Source: Acidobacteriota bacterium
Lineage (GTDB): Bacteria > Acidobacteriota > UBA890 > WLXD01
Reading direction: 5' to 3'
DNA: 64,000 bases
NCBI GenBank assembly: GCA_963666215.2
Contig: CAXWPL010000005.1
Span: 672,001-736,000 of the forward strand
This document shows, in pieces, positions 1 to 10,690 of the stretch (positions are counted from its first letter, which is position 1; every line of letters starts with the position of its first letter). The position numbers were made by a program, and so were the translations under genes. A model generated the notes under the pieces. The model had not been told where the DNA came from, ran no database searches, and was given only the letters and a program-made list of their open reading frames with translations.

Positions 1-639
1 GATCGAGCGCGGCATGCCCGTCGAACGGGCGCGGTTGGTGGTAATCGATGGCTCCAAGGGCCTCCGTAAAGCAGTGCGCGACACGTTCGGCGAGTGGGCC
101 CTGATCCAGCGCTGCCGTGTCCACAAGATCAAGAATGTATTGGAGCATCTGCCAGGGCATATCCGGCCCTGGTTCGCAGCCAAGATCCGCAAGGCGTGGA
201 AGGCGGAGACGGCCACGGCAGCGACCAAGCAGCTCGACGCCGTGGTCAAGGAGCTGGAGACCGATCACCCCGGTGCAGCGGCCTCGCTCAGAGAAGGAAT
301 GCAAGAGACGCTCACCGTCACTCGGCTCCGAGTTCAGGGGCCGCTGCTTCGGACGTTACGTTCAACGAATACGATCGAGAACCTGAACGGGACGATCAAA
401 CACGTCAGCCGCAACGTAAAGCGGTGGCGCTCCGGGAGCATGATCGTTCGATGGGCGGTTACTGCACTCATCGAGGCCGAGAGCAAGTTCCGGAGGGTTC
501 GTGGCTACCGCGACATCGCCAAGCTCGATGCCGCACTCAACACCGCCGTCGACGTTCCCCTTGAGCAGGAGCGCCGTACTGCGTAACAATCCCCAACCAC
601 TTCACCGTCGCCTTAGTTCAACGGACGGTGGGACATCCC
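1..639 (+). mobile_element. IS256-family element, right part (transposase C-terminus 2..586, open at the window edge)
   Basis: Motifs VVIDGSKGL, QRCRVHK and LRSTNTIENLN; IS256-like right end ..AGTTCAACGGACGGTGGGACATCCC at ~615-639. Confidence 0.85.
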
Positions 640-649
640 CATCTCGCGC

Positions 650-757
650 GGCACTGTCAGGTTAACCGGTAGCCTGGCGGAGTTCGCACATGACGGACGA
701 CTTGCAGCGCTACCGCCGGCACCGCTTCCCGCCGGAGATCATCAGCCACGCGGTGTC
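650..757 (+). mobile_element. IS6-family remnant (left IR plus first ~22 codons)
   Basis: GGCACTGTCAGGTTAA end, then RYRRHRFPPEIISHAV; homology to the 4278 copy stops at ~757. Confidence 0.8.
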
Positions 758-860
758 TGCGATAGCGGTACGCTCGGTTGGCCATGACTGCACTCTGCTA
801 GCAGAGCCGTCGGTTGACAGTGCCCGTCCAGCGGTCTCTCCGTATGATACGATGGGGACG

Positions 861-1313
861 CTAGTCTCGCGGCTCCCACTCCATCGCCTCCGCGTCCTCT
901 AGAAGCACGACGAGTCCGGCTCTGAGCTTGCTGATCGGTCGGCCTTCGTCACGTTCCCAACGACTCACGCTGCACGGCGACACTTCAAGGCGCTTCGCCA
1001 GCTCTTCTTGTGTGATCCCCAGGCGTCGTCGCGCTGAGATAATTCGGCCACCGAGACTCTTCGGTCTTGGAGAGGGGTCGTAGCCCAGGAAGGTGTAGAT
1101 CTTCCTGCGGTGACGGATCGTGGGGCTCACTCTGTTGGCCTCCCACAACAGAATCGACCACATCGAGACGCCCCATGCTTCGGCTACCTCCCGTTGCGTG
1201 AGGTTTCGGTTGAGACGCTCGACACGCAGCAGGTCACCGATCGTCGCCAGCTCCTCGACGGGCACCACCAGGCGAGGTTTCTCGGCGACCAACCGAACAT
1301 CGCAACAAGGCAC
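861..1313 (-). CDS. Tandem XRE/Cro helix-turn-helix regulator
   Basis: Two HTH_3 units (NLTQREVAEAWGVS..WE; GITQEELAKRLEVSPCSVSRWE); start uncertain. Confidence 0.8.
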   Translation of the reverse strand: MPCCDVRLVAEKPRLVVPVEELATIGDLLRVERLNRNLTQREVAEAWGVSMWSILLWEANRVSPTIRHRRKIYTFLGYDPSPRPKSLGGRIISARRRLGITQEELAKRLEVSPCSVSRWERDEGRPISKLRAGLVVLLEDAEAMEWEPRD

Positions 1314-1706
1314 CGCACTGGTGATCGTTCGGGCCCATCAAGAGCTGGAATCAAACCAGGCATCCGATTCGCTCAAGCCACCGCGTGAGGTTTTCGCGCG
1401 CCACTCCGGCCCGCCGGTATCGGCGCTCCCGGCAATGGAAGACGGTCTTGATACCGAGGCCGATCACATCTGCAGTCGCGGCGAGCCTGAGGCCTCGCCA
1501 ACGTCGTTCCGGCTGGATCGCGTCAACGAGATCGTCAGATTCTCGTGCGGGCTCGTGGCTGGGACGACGAAATGTTGGATAGCGCGTGACCGCACGACTG
1601 GCGTGTCGCGGCTCCCAGCGCCCCCGAGAAGCTCTCGGAACACAGGATAGGCTCGAAGCGCAGTGCGCTGTCGACGTGCGGCCTGCCAGGAGGGCTCCTG
1701 GAGCTG

Positions 1707-2924
1707 CTAGCCGGCCTGTTCGAGGGCGACCCGCATCGCCCGTGCACGAGCGTCAGCAGCGCGCTTGAGTGCGTCCGGCGCGAAGTGCGCGTAGACCTCG
1801 GTCGCCTGTCGAGATCGATGCCCGACGTTCTTGCCCGCGATCTCCAGTGGCACGCCCCTCGACACGTCCCAGCTCACAACGTTGTGTCTCAGGTCATGCA
1901 GCCGTAACGCTCCGAGGCCATCCAGTTTGTCCAGACCTGCCCGCTTTCGGATGATTCCCCAGGGCCGCTTCACGGTCGTCAAGTGCTCTTGCCCCCCGCG
2001 GCCCGACAACACAAACGGACAACCCGCAACCCTCTCGACGCTCTCCAGTACCTGGATCGCCTCGTCCGGCAGCTGCCGGTATTCCTCGTCGGATGTCTTC
2101 GTGCCAACAAGCCGCGCCACGCCTCTCTTGAGATCCAGGTTGTCCCACTTCAGGGCGAGCACCTCGCCGATCCTCCAGCCCGTCCAGAACGCTATCCGGA
2201 TGGCCGCGCACGCCGCCGGATCGGCGCCATCATCCTCTTCGCCGTCGATTGCCTGAAAGAGCTTCCGCATCTGCTCGGCGGTCAGCATCACTTCTTTGCG
2301 AGCGCCGCGGCGCTGCTCCGGGTAGCGCTCGACGCCCTTGGCCGGATTCGTCGCCTGGGCTCGCCAACCCCAGGCCTCCGCCTGGTCGAACGCGTGTTGC
2401 AGCACCGTAAGGGTGCGGTTCGCCACGTAGGGCGTCGCCCGCATGCGCTGGTGCATGCGCTCGAGGTCTGCGGTCGCTACTTCCTGGACGCGCTTCTTGC
2501 CGAGGGCCGGCACGACATGGCAGCGGATCAGGCTGTCGTAACTCCGAAGGGTCGACGCCCTGGGCGGGCGCTTCTTGTTCGGCAGGTACTCCTGCTGGAA
2601 CCGATCCATCAGGTCGGCGACGGTGAGCGCTTCGGACCGTCTCCGCATGAGGGACGGATCTTCACCTGCCTTCACCTCGAGGAGAAGGTCGGCCGCCAGC
2701 TTCCTCGCATGATCGGGCGTCAGCTCGCCCTGCTTGCCAAGGGTCAAGCGCTTCGGCGCGCCCTTCCAGTTCTGGTGCCGGGTGCGGTACTGGAGTACGT
2801 AGATCTTCCGGCCGGCCGGCGTCACCTTGCACCCGAACCCCGTGAGATCCGTGTCCCAGAGGAAGTAGACCCGGCTCCGGGCAGCCAGGCTGTCGACGGC
2901 TCGTTTGGTGATTCTCTGTCGCAT
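1707..2924 (-). CDS. Tyrosine integrase with N-terminal arm-binding (DUF4102-like) domain
   Basis: WDTDLTGFG..VTPAGRK N-terminus; catalytic TGWRIGE, HDLRH, GH and Y; ATG at 2924. Confidence 0.92.
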   Translation of the reverse strand: MRQRITKRAVDSLAARSRVYFLWDTDLTGFGCKVTPAGRKIYVLQYRTRHQNWKGAPKRLTLGKQGELTPDHARKLAADLLLEVKAGEDPSLMRRRSEALTVADLMDRFQQEYLPNKKRPPRASTLRSYDSLIRCHVVPALGKKRVQEVATADLERMHQRMRATPYVANRTLTVLQHAFDQAEAWGWRAQATNPAKGVERYPEQRRGARKEVMLTAEQMRKLFQAIDGEEDDGADPAACAAIRIAFWTGWRIGEVLALKWDNLDLKRGVARLVGTKTSDEEYRQLPDEAIQVLESVERVAGCPFVLSGRGGQEHLTTVKRPWGIIRKRAGLDKLDGLGALRLHDLRHNVVSWDVSRGVPLEIAGKNVGHRSRQATEVYAHFAPDALKRAADARARAMRVALEQAG

Positions 2925-2944
2925 CAGATAATCAGTGGATCTTC

Positions 2945-2965
2945 TAGCAATCAGATAGCAATCAG
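2945..2965 (+). repeat. Tandem TAGCAATCAG direct repeat, candidate integrase arm-type sites
   Basis: TAGCAATCAG-A-TAGCAATCAG between the integrase start and the att core. Confidence 0.5.
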
Positions 2966-3070
2966 GTTGACGCAAATCGTGACATACTGGAGCGAACCGA
3001 ATCAAGAGCAAGTAACTGCAAATAAAGGGTTTCTAGAAGTCTGGCAGATTCGAGCAAACCTGTGGCCCGA

Positions 3071-3113
3071 GATTCGTAATCAGCAGGTCCGGGGTTCAAG
3101 TCCACGCGCCGGC
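3071..3113 (+). other. att site: 3' half of tRNA-Thr(CGT)
   Basis: GATTCGTAATCAGCAGGTCCGGGGTTCAAGTCCACGCGCCGGC contains anticodon loop (CGT), T arm and acceptor 3' strand; no 5' half or D arm upstream. Confidence 0.85.
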
Positions 3114-3377
3114 CCTTTAGAATCAGTGACTTACGGCCGACCATCAGGAACTGGCCGGTTTGGGGGTCGGCGTGGGGATCGTCCGACCGAAACGGGCTGC
3201 CTACGAGCACGACCTTCATCCGGGTATTGAAGGTCAGCGACTCGATCGCCGCGGCACCGAGCGTCACGAGACTCGGCCCACAGCCTAGGGGCCAGGAGAG
3301 AGCCAACCCCCCGACATGTGCCCGGCGAGCCCCCTCGACCGCCGCCGGGCCGGGCGATCCGAAAAGTCGTCACGGCG

Positions 3378-4277
3378 TCAACGCTGCACTGGGCCGAGCG
3401 TCTCGTCGAGCCAGGCGCTGATGATCGGGTTGCGAATCTCGACGGGGGGCAGATGGCCGCTATCGACCAGCTCCAGGCGCTTGGGACCCGTGAGCAACTC
3501 GTACAGCGCTCGGGCGTACGGTTCGTATGGCATCTCCTCGTCGTATCGCCCAGTCAGCACCAAGACGGGGGATTCGATCCGCGGCACGAAGTTGACCGCT
3601 GTGACCTCGGGCAAGTACCGGTGCATCAGCATTCCGCTGCCGATCAGAACCGACGATCGGATCCTGGGCTCGACGGCAATGAGAATCAGCGCGTTGGTGA
3701 CCGCGCCGAGACTGAAGCCGGCGTGCGCGATGCGACTCATGTCGATATCGGACCGGCTCTCGAGGTAGTCGAGACCGATCCGGTACTCCGTGATCCGGAG
3801 GATCGCCTCGTTGCGCGCGTCGACGCTGCCACGCTCACTTCGCGGCGGGAAGTTCGAATGGCCTGGCCAGCGCCGTTCGATCGCCCCCTTGACGACGACC
3901 GCCAGCACGGCCCGGCCGGCCTTGATCTGCGGCGAGAGGATCGCCTCGACTTCTTCGTCGACCCGGCGGCCGTAGAAGACGGTGCTGCTGGCGAAATAGC
4001 TGAGGCACTGGTACGGAGGCTCTCCACGCTTCGGCAAGTAGAAATACGCGATGATCCGGTCACCGTCGAGGAAACCGGCAAGCGTCAGCTTCTCTCGCGT
4101 CCAGTCCGGCGTCTCCACCCGTTCGAGCACCTCGGCGGCGCGCGGCTTCCTGTCGTAGCGGTAGTGGCTGAGGAAACCGCGATAGGTCGCGTCATCCACG
4201 GGATCGAAGCCCTCGAGGACGGGAGGCAGAATGGGCCCGGATCCCTGGTCGGATGCGCCGGCCGCGGGCTTGCTCAC
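3378..4277 (-). pseudogene. Alpha/beta-hydrolase C-terminal part, 5' end cut by IS6 (probably from a larger kinase/FGE/hydrolase fusion)
   Basis: GFSLG nucleophile elbow, VLTGRYD, SGH; ORF abuts the IS6 IR at 4278. Confidence 0.65.
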
Positions 4278-4919
4278 GATACTGTCAAGTTAACATTCAA
4301 GCTGGCACAGTCCGGCGATGATCAACGACCGGCAGCGCTACGCTCGACATCGCTTCCCGCCCGAGGTCATCAGCCACGCCGTCTGGCTGTATCACCGCTT
4401 CTGCCTGAGCTTCCGAGATGTCGAGGACCTTCTGGCCGAGCGCGGGGTCGTGGTCACCCACGAGACGATACGGCAGTGGTGTGCGAAGTTCGGTCCCGAC
4501 TACGCTCGGAAGCTACGTCGGCGGCAGGGTCGTCTCGGCGACACCTGGTTCCTGGACGAGCTGTTCGTGAGCATCCGAGGCAAGCGCGCCACTATCTGTG
4601 GCGTGCGGTTGATCAAGACGGTGACGTGATTGACATCTTGGTCCAGCGACGGCGAGATGTGCGTGCGGCCAGGCGGTTCTTCCCGCAGGGGAGCGAACCA
4701 CGATGGTTGATCACCGACAAGCTCAGAAGCTATGGGGCCGCGCACAGGAGTGTGATGCCCTCGGTCGAGCATGTCACAGCGCGCTACGCGAACAACCGAG
4801 CAGAGGTTTCGCATCAGCCGACCCGGCAACGCGAACGACAGATGCGAAGGTTCAAATCCGCTGCTCAAGCTCAACGGTTTCTGTCGGTGCACGGCACCGT
4901 CCGGAATCTCTTCAAATAA
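4278..4919 (+). mobile_element. IS6-family transposase pseudogene
   Basis: IR GATACTGTCAAGTTAA; RHRFPPEVISHAVWLY..WFLDELFV, frameshift near 4585, then YLWRAVDQDGDVIDIL..TDKLRSY..NNRAE; 3' truncated. Confidence 0.9.
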
Positions 4920-5041
4920 AGTGCAGCTTGCCCGCGGCTGTGTGCTTGGATACAACTCTGGTGCCAGTGGCTGAAACCGGATGCGTGGGCGGACGTCACG
5001 CATCCGACAAGTCCCGGTCGAAGAACCGAGGAGGACATCTC

Positions 5042-6478
5042 GTGACGAAACCCTGGCAGGTTCCGACGATTACCCTGCTGGCCGCCATGGCCATCGCGGG
5101 GCCCCCTCCGCCGACGGCGAGCGCCCAGACATCGGCGACAGCGGTCCTCTATCGCGACGGCCACAGGGAAGCGGCGGCCGCGCGACGAGCCGAGATGATG
5201 GAGGCCATGGAAGGCGGGCTGGCGGTGATCACCAGCGCTGACCGCAGGCAGCCGAACCTCTACGAGGGCTTCGGTGAGGACACTGAGAACCACGACTTCA
5301 TCTTCCTTACGGGCATGTACCGCGCGGCGCCACCGGGATCGATCCTCGTGCTCAACCCGGGCGGAAGCACCTATCGCGAGATCCTCTACACCGCCAATGG
5401 CGTCGAGGAGGCCAAGCGCGTCACGGAGATCGAGCACGTCTTCGAGCATGAGAAGTTCCTCGAGCACCTCTCGAGCGCCCTCACTGACTATCGGAACCTC
5501 CGGATCACACAACTACGCTTCAAGCCGGTGGCCTCGGACCTGGCGCGCGGCTGGGGCGACTCCGACAAGATCCTGTACGTCAACTACCCCCGCTTCAGCA
5601 ACCTGAACGAGCCGGCCAACCCCCGCCTGGACTTCGTCGACCGCTTGCGGGAGGCGACGAGCGAGCTGGACGTCCGTGACGCCGGTGACATCCTCGATCG
5701 GATGCGGATGGTGGTCGACGACTTCGGCATGATCCAGCTTCGCCGCTCCATCGAGATTACCGGCAAGGCGCTGATGGAGGGCATGAAGTTGGCTCGCCCT
5801 GGCCTCACCACCATGCAGGTCAAGCACACGGTCGGATACACCCACCTGCTGAACGGGGCTGGCCTCGGCTTCACCGGTGTATCGCCGGCCAGCGACCTGA
5901 ACATCGTGCTGCGCTGGGAGAGCGCCAGGGAGGAGCGGGCTGCCAGCCGTGGCGACGCACCGATCCGGCCGGGCAGCCTGGTGCACTTCGACACGGGAGC
6001 GGCGTTCAACCACTACTCGGCCGACATTCAGCGAACGGTTCCTGCCGACGGCACCTTCACGGACGAGCAACGTCACATCTACCAGACGGTCCTGGACGTG
6101 CAGAAGGCCGTGATTGAGAACGTGCGCCCCGGGGTCACGTGGCAGGAGCTGCATGACATGGCGGTGACGATGCTCCGAGACGCCGGCGGCTGGGACGAGA
6201 GCTACACGTACGGAATTGGCCACTTCATCGGCATGGAGGTGCACGAGCACGGCGACTACCCGGTTCCCCTGGTGCCGGGCATGGTCCTCGCGATCGAGCA
6301 AGGCGCCATCGTCGACGGCACGCGTGTGGCCTTCGAGGACGACGTCCTGGTGACCGAGGACGGGTACGAGTGGCTGAGCCGCTTCATCCCGATCGAGATC
6401 GACGAGGTCGAAGCGTTGCGACGCGAAGCTCCAGCCATCGACCCGAGTCCGTTGGTACTCCCACTGCCTCAGCGCTAG
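5042..6478 (+). CDS. Secreted Xaa-Pro aminopeptidase-like protein (M24)
   Basis: RBS GAGGAGG plus GTG; signal peptide; FDTGA..YSADIQRT, GHFIGMEVHE, AIEQG, AFEDDV. Confidence 0.88.
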   Translation: MTKPWQVPTITLLAAMAIAGPPPPTASAQTSATAVLYRDGHREAAAARRAEMMEAMEGGLAVITSADRRQPNLYEGFGEDTENHDFIFLTGMYRAAPPGSILVLNPGGSTYREILYTANGVEEAKRVTEIEHVFEHEKFLEHLSSALTDYRNLRITQLRFKPVASDLARGWGDSDKILYVNYPRFSNLNEPANPRLDFVDRLREATSELDVRDAGDILDRMRMVVDDFGMIQLRRSIEITGKALMEGMKLARPGLTTMQVKHTVGYTHLLNGAGLGFTGVSPASDLNIVLRWESAREERAASRGDAPIRPGSLVHFDTGAAFNHYSADIQRTVPADGTFTDEQRHIYQTVLDVQKAVIENVRPGVTWQELHDMAVTMLRDAGGWDESYTYGIGHFIGMEVHEHGDYPVPLVPGMVLAIEQGAIVDGTRVAFEDDVLVTEDGYEWLSRFIPIEIDEVEALRREAPAIDPSPLVLPLPQR

Positions 6479-6602
6479 CATTGAGGATCCGCTCGTCGGC
6501 GAGTATCTTGGTCTCGGCCACTGATTTCTCCTCGGTGAGAAAGGGTTTTCTCAGGCAGGCCGAGGATCGAGCGTGCTCACACGTAGGTACCAGGAGGCAA
6601 CG

Positions 6603-8780
6603 ATGACCCGCGACGACAGGTATGGCTCCGGCCGACGGCCACGGCGAGGAAGCCTCGCCACCGCTACCGCGATGTTCCTGATCGCCGCGGTGACCGCCTG
6701 CGGCGGCCCCGGGGAGGGGGGCGCCGGCCCGGCGACCGCGACAGGTGGAGCCCTGACGATGTCGGATTACCTGGACGGGCGCTGGCCGTCGCGACCGGCC
6801 TGGTCACCGGACGGGCGCTTCGTCTCGTTCCTGTGGACCGACTGGCGTACCCAGGATCTCTACGTCGCGCCCGTCGACGGGGGCTCGTCGGTGGCGTTGA
6901 CCGCGTCCGACCACTTCCTCGGAGGCTCCACCTGGAATAGCTCCGGCAGCTTCGGACAGTGGCTGCCGGACGGTAGCGGAATTGTCTTCGAGGACGATGG
7001 CGACCTGTTCCTCGTGTCCGTGCCCGACGGGCAGACGCGCCAGCTGACGGAGACCACGGCGACGACGAGCTCGGCTCTGGTCTCGCCGGACGGCGCGCGG
7101 GTCGCATTCACCAGTGAAGGAGAGCTCTTGCTGCTCGGGCTCGAGGACGGCGCGGCGTCGAGCCGCGGCGAGGTCGGCCTCATGAGCCTCGGCGACTGGG
7201 CTCCGGCGGGCGAGTGGATCGCCGGCAGCGTCAGCGGGCCGCGTCTGGACGCCTCCCGGTCGCCGCCGTTCTCGGGTCCGCTGCTTGTCTCTCGCAGGGT
7301 CCGCTACGCCGCACCGGATGCCGCGATCGTGTCGACGCGAACCGGCGAAGTCCGGACGCTGCTGCCCTCGCCAGAACGAGAGACCGTGATGGCCTGGGCG
7401 CCGGACGGCGCCAGCTTGGTCGTGGAGCGCAACTCCCTCGACGTGAAGGACCGGACCTACTACCACGTCGGCCTCGACGGCGAGCTCATCGCCACGCTGC
7501 ACACGCGCCGGGACGAGCGCTACCTGAACGCTCGGGACAAGGTCGTGTCCTTCTCACCTGACGGCGGCAGGGTCCTGTACACGAGCGACGAGGACGGCTG
7601 GAATCACCTCTACGTGGTACCGGCGGAGGGTGGCGAGGCGGTCCAGCTGACGTCTGGCTCGTTCGAGGTCAGCTTCCCGGCCTGGTCACCCGACGGCGAG
7701 ACCGTCTACTTCGTCTCCACCGAGGCGGGCACGGAGTGGCGGCAGCTCTACTCCGTCGGCGCGGAGGGAGGGGAGCGCACCCGGTTGACCGAGCTGCTCG
7801 GGAACATCGCCTCCGCCGTCTTCTCACCCGATCGCGAGAGGGTCGCCTTCATCTACACCGACGCGTCACGACTGCCGGACCTCTGGGTGACCGACACGGT
7901 CCCCGGAGCCGAGGCTGTCCAGCTCACCGACTCGATGACCCCGACGCTGCACGCGTACGACTGGCAGGCCCCGGAAATCGTCACGTATGCGGGGCACGAG
8001 GAGCTGCCGATCCGCGCCCAGCTGTTCCGACCCCGGCGATTCGACCCGAACGCCTCCTACCCGGCCATCGTGCACGTGCACCAGGCGTCCATCTACCAGG
8101 AGGTGTTCGTGGGGTCGGGGCCGCACAAGGACAACGTGGCCTGGTACGGCTGGCACCAGCGCCTCGCCGATCGCGGCTACGTCGTGCTGAACGTCGACTA
8201 CCAGGGCAGCTACGGCTACGGTCGCGACTTCCGCACCGCCAACTACATGGATCTCGGCGTCGGTGACGCCGCCGACGTGGTCGAGGGCGTCGAGTATCTG
8301 GAAACACTCGGGTTCGTCGACATCGATCGCATCGGAGTCTACGGGATGAGCTACGGCGGCCACATGGTGCTCGTGCTCATGTCGAAGTACCCCGACGTAT
8401 TCGCTGCCGGGGTGAACATCGCCGGCCTCGTCGATTGGGAGATGCCAGGGGGACCCTGGGATACGCGCAACCCCCACACAACCGGACGCCTGGGGACGCC
8501 CGAGGAGAACCCCGAGGCGTACTTCAACACCTCGGCGATCAACTTCCTCGATGACCTGAGCGCTCCCGTGCTGACCGTGCAGGGCACGGCCGACCGACAC
8601 GTGAACTTCCTGCAATCGATCTGGCTGGTCGACCAGCTGCTGAAGCGCGGCAAGCGATTCGAGTTCGAGCTCTACCCCGGCGAGCCCCACTTCTTCGGCC
8701 GCAAGAGCAGCTGGGTCGACGCGTTCGCGAAGATGGAGCGCTTCTTCGACGAGCACCTCCGCCACGAGCCCGAGTGGTGA
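6603..8780 (+). CDS. S9 (prolyl oligopeptidase / DPP IV-like) peptidase, likely lipoprotein
   Basis: RBS AGGAGG; AVTAC lipobox-like; PD40 WSPDG repeats; GMSYGG, GTAD and H triad. Confidence 0.9.
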   Translation: MTRDDRYGSGRRPRRGSLATATAMFLIAAVTACGGPGEGGAGPATATGGALTMSDYLDGRWPSRPAWSPDGRFVSFLWTDWRTQDLYVAPVDGGSSVALTASDHFLGGSTWNSSGSFGQWLPDGSGIVFEDDGDLFLVSVPDGQTRQLTETTATTSSALVSPDGARVAFTSEGELLLLGLEDGAASSRGEVGLMSLGDWAPAGEWIAGSVSGPRLDASRSPPFSGPLLVSRRVRYAAPDAAIVSTRTGEVRTLLPSPERETVMAWAPDGASLVVERNSLDVKDRTYYHVGLDGELIATLHTRRDERYLNARDKVVSFSPDGGRVLYTSDEDGWNHLYVVPAEGGEAVQLTSGSFEVSFPAWSPDGETVYFVSTEAGTEWRQLYSVGAEGGERTRLTELLGNIASAVFSPDRERVAFIYTDASRLPDLWVTDTVPGAEAVQLTDSMTPTLHAYDWQAPEIVTYAGHEELPIRAQLFRPRRFDPNASYPAIVHVHQASIYQEVFVGSGPHKDNVAWYGWHQRLADRGYVVLNVDYQGSYGYGRDFRTANYMDLGVGDAADVVEGVEYLETLGFVDIDRIGVYGMSYGGHMVLVLMSKYPDVFAAGVNIAGLVDWEMPGGPWDTRNPHTTGRLGTPEENPEAYFNTSAINFLDDLSAPVLTVQGTADRHVNFLQSIWLVDQLLKRGKRFEFELYPGEPHFFGRKSSWVDAFAKMERFFDEHLRHEPEW

Positions 8781-8979
8781 AGACGGCGGACCGAATCGTG
8801 ACCTGCAGCCGCCTCCTCCGGGCTGGAACAAGGAGAAGGTGACGCAGTATCGAGCCGAGGCCGAGCGAATTCATCAGGCCCTCGCCTCAGCCTGCCCGGT
8901 GCTGTGCCGCAGGCTCGCCGCGAAGGTCACTCGGTATCCGGACGGATAGGCTGGCGGTGAGAACGATCGACGGTCCCGG

Positions 8980-9230
8980 TGTGGAGGACTCGCTCCTGCA
9001 TCCCGACGAGCGCGTGACCGGAACCTCTCCGCGCGTGGCGCCGACCGGAGAGCTCACCATCGTCACCGACGGTCAGGATGACACTGTCTTCTGTCCCTTC
9101 GACGTGTATGGCAATGCGGCTGGCACGGCGCGCGTTGGTGATCGCCTCCTGCGCCACTCGGTAGAGGGCGACCTCCACCGACGGCAAGAGGTCGCCGAGC
9201 TCACCGGCGAAGCGTCGGCCGGCCTTCGGC
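8980..9230 (-). pseudogene. NarX-type histidine kinase HATPase fragment
   Basis: ALYRVAQEAITNA..LTVGDDG..LVGMQERV; no N-terminal part. Confidence 0.7.
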
Positions 9231-9454
9231 ACGACGTCGACTCGAACTCGACGGTCGGCTCATGCACAAGCGCGAGGCGAACGCGGGACACGGAGGGGAA
9301 TCGGGAGACAGGGGCGAACTCGGGGTGCTCGCCGGTTTCGTGCATGGCGAGCCTCCGAATCCTGAAGTACGTGATCTGCGCTCAATCCTAGCCAGGGCCG
9401 CGACCGAGCCGAAGACGCCTGTTCGTGCCGAAGCGGCAACACCCCGGTTTCCCT

Positions 9455-9770
9455 GACGGCACGCGTGTGGCCTTCGAGGACGACGTCCTGGTGACCGAGG
9501 ACGGGTACGAGTGGCTGAGCCGCTTCATCCCGATCGAGATCGACGAGGTCGAGGCGTTGCGACGCGAAGCTCCAGCCATCGACCCGAGTCCGTTGCTACT
9601 CCCACTGCCTCAACGGTAGCAACGCTCGGCGGCGAGGACGGGTACGAGTGGCTGAGCCGCTTCATCCCGATCGAGATCGACGAGGTCGAGGCGTTGCGAC
9701 GCGAAGCTCCAGCCATCGACCCGAGTCCGTTGCTACTCCCACTGCCTCAACGGTAGCAACGCTCGGCGGC
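9455..9770 (+). repeat. Copies of the M24 gene 3' end: 9455-9619 matches 6314-6478, plus a perfect 137-bp tandem duplication (9497-9633 / 9634-9770)
   Basis: Direct comparison shows 4 mismatches in 165 bp against the intact gene. Confidence 0.95.
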
Positions 9771-9784
9771 AAATGAGCGTCGAC

Positions 9785-9827
9785 GGTACTGTGAAGTTAG
9801 CGGCCAGCCTGGCACAGTCCGGCGATG
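9785..9827 (+). mobile_element. IS6 left-end remnant
   Basis: GGTACTGTGAAGTTAG..CTGGCACAGTCCGGCGATG matches 4278-4320 up to the ATG. Confidence 0.75.
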
Positions 9828-10009
9828 GTATGCGAGATTCAGCCTCGACTACGACCGGAAGCTAGGAGCCTGTCCGAGTAATGGGAGTCAAGTGGCTCCA
9901 GCGGTTCTTACAGACTCAGGGGCCCGAATCAGCCCCCGCGCGGCGCAGCACGATGAACCCTAGGGTCTGCCCTGGCTTGCTCGCGCAAGCGCATACCCAC
10001 GACCGCAGT

Positions 10010-10220
10010 GTGCCCTTCATCTCGGTCCGCCTGCTTGATCCACTGATGGATCGTCCAGTACGACGGTTCGAACTCCTGGGCCAGCTCGTAGGCGCTCCGG
10101 CCGGCTCTTGCCAGCTCAATAATCTGTTGCCGGTACTTCGGCGGATACGGTCTCGTTCTTGCCATGGTGGACATCCTCCACCCCAAGCTCTAGACCGTCC
10201 ACGTAACCGAGGCAACTCCA
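10010..10220 (-). mobile_element. IS3-family remnant (IRL plus truncated OrfA from 10165)
   Basis: TGGAGTTGCC.. terminus; MARTRPYPPKYRQQIIELARAGRSAYELAQEFEPS HTH_Tnp_1-like sequence. Confidence 0.8.
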
Positions 10221-10299
10221 GAATTTACATCGACCTGCCGGATTGGAACCGCGAGGACTGGGCCTACGTCGACGTGCGAACGCGTGCCTCAGGAGGCGT

Positions 10300-10690
10300 C
10301 GCGCGCCAGGCTCCCGGCCGCGCGCCTCTATCCACGCCTGTAGGGCATCGAGAGCGCCGTTGGTTGCGTACCCCACACGGTCCTTGCGCCCCTTGCCGCC
10401 GCGCACTGTGAGCGCCCCTGTAGCCTGGTCGTAGTTCTCCAGCTTCAGCGCCACCAGCTCGGAACGCCGGAGCCCGCCTCCGTAGAGCACGGCAAGGATC
10501 GCGGCGTCTCTTGCGCCTGACGGAGAGTCGTCGCCAGCACAGGTGGCGAAGAGCGCACGGAGCTCGCCGGCTGCGAGAGCACGACCGCGGGGGAGTCGCT
10601 CGGCACGGATCGAGGGCAGGTCGACCGCTCGGTGGTAGCTCTCAGCGTCAACCAGTCCGAGCCGCCAAGCCTCGCGCAGCACTCCACGCA
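10300..10690 (-). pseudogene. Tyrosine recombinase (XerD-like) internal fragment
   Basis: [28 protein letters not shown]; both ends missing. Confidence 0.8.

Noticed and set aside
3071-3113. Functional tRNA-Thr gene
   Set aside because: The 5' acceptor strand and D arm are absent and the T stem has a mismatch; treated as an att remnant
4570-4600. Programmed frameshift in the IS6 transposase
   Set aside because: No slippery run, and the copy also has an internal deletion and a 3' truncation
3318-4919. 533-aa ORF and other long antisense or shifted ORFs (e.g. 1983-3230, 16517-17956, 43646-45043)
   Set aside because: Shadow ORFs of high-GC coding DNA; only the IS6 tail of 3318-4919 is real
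6314-9770. Diversity-generating retroelement TR/VR pair
   Set aside because: Mismatches are not adenine-specific (two are G/C swaps), most are synonymous, and no reverse transcriptase is present in the window
9497-9770. CRISPR array
   Set aside because: Two 137-bp units with no spacers and no cas genes
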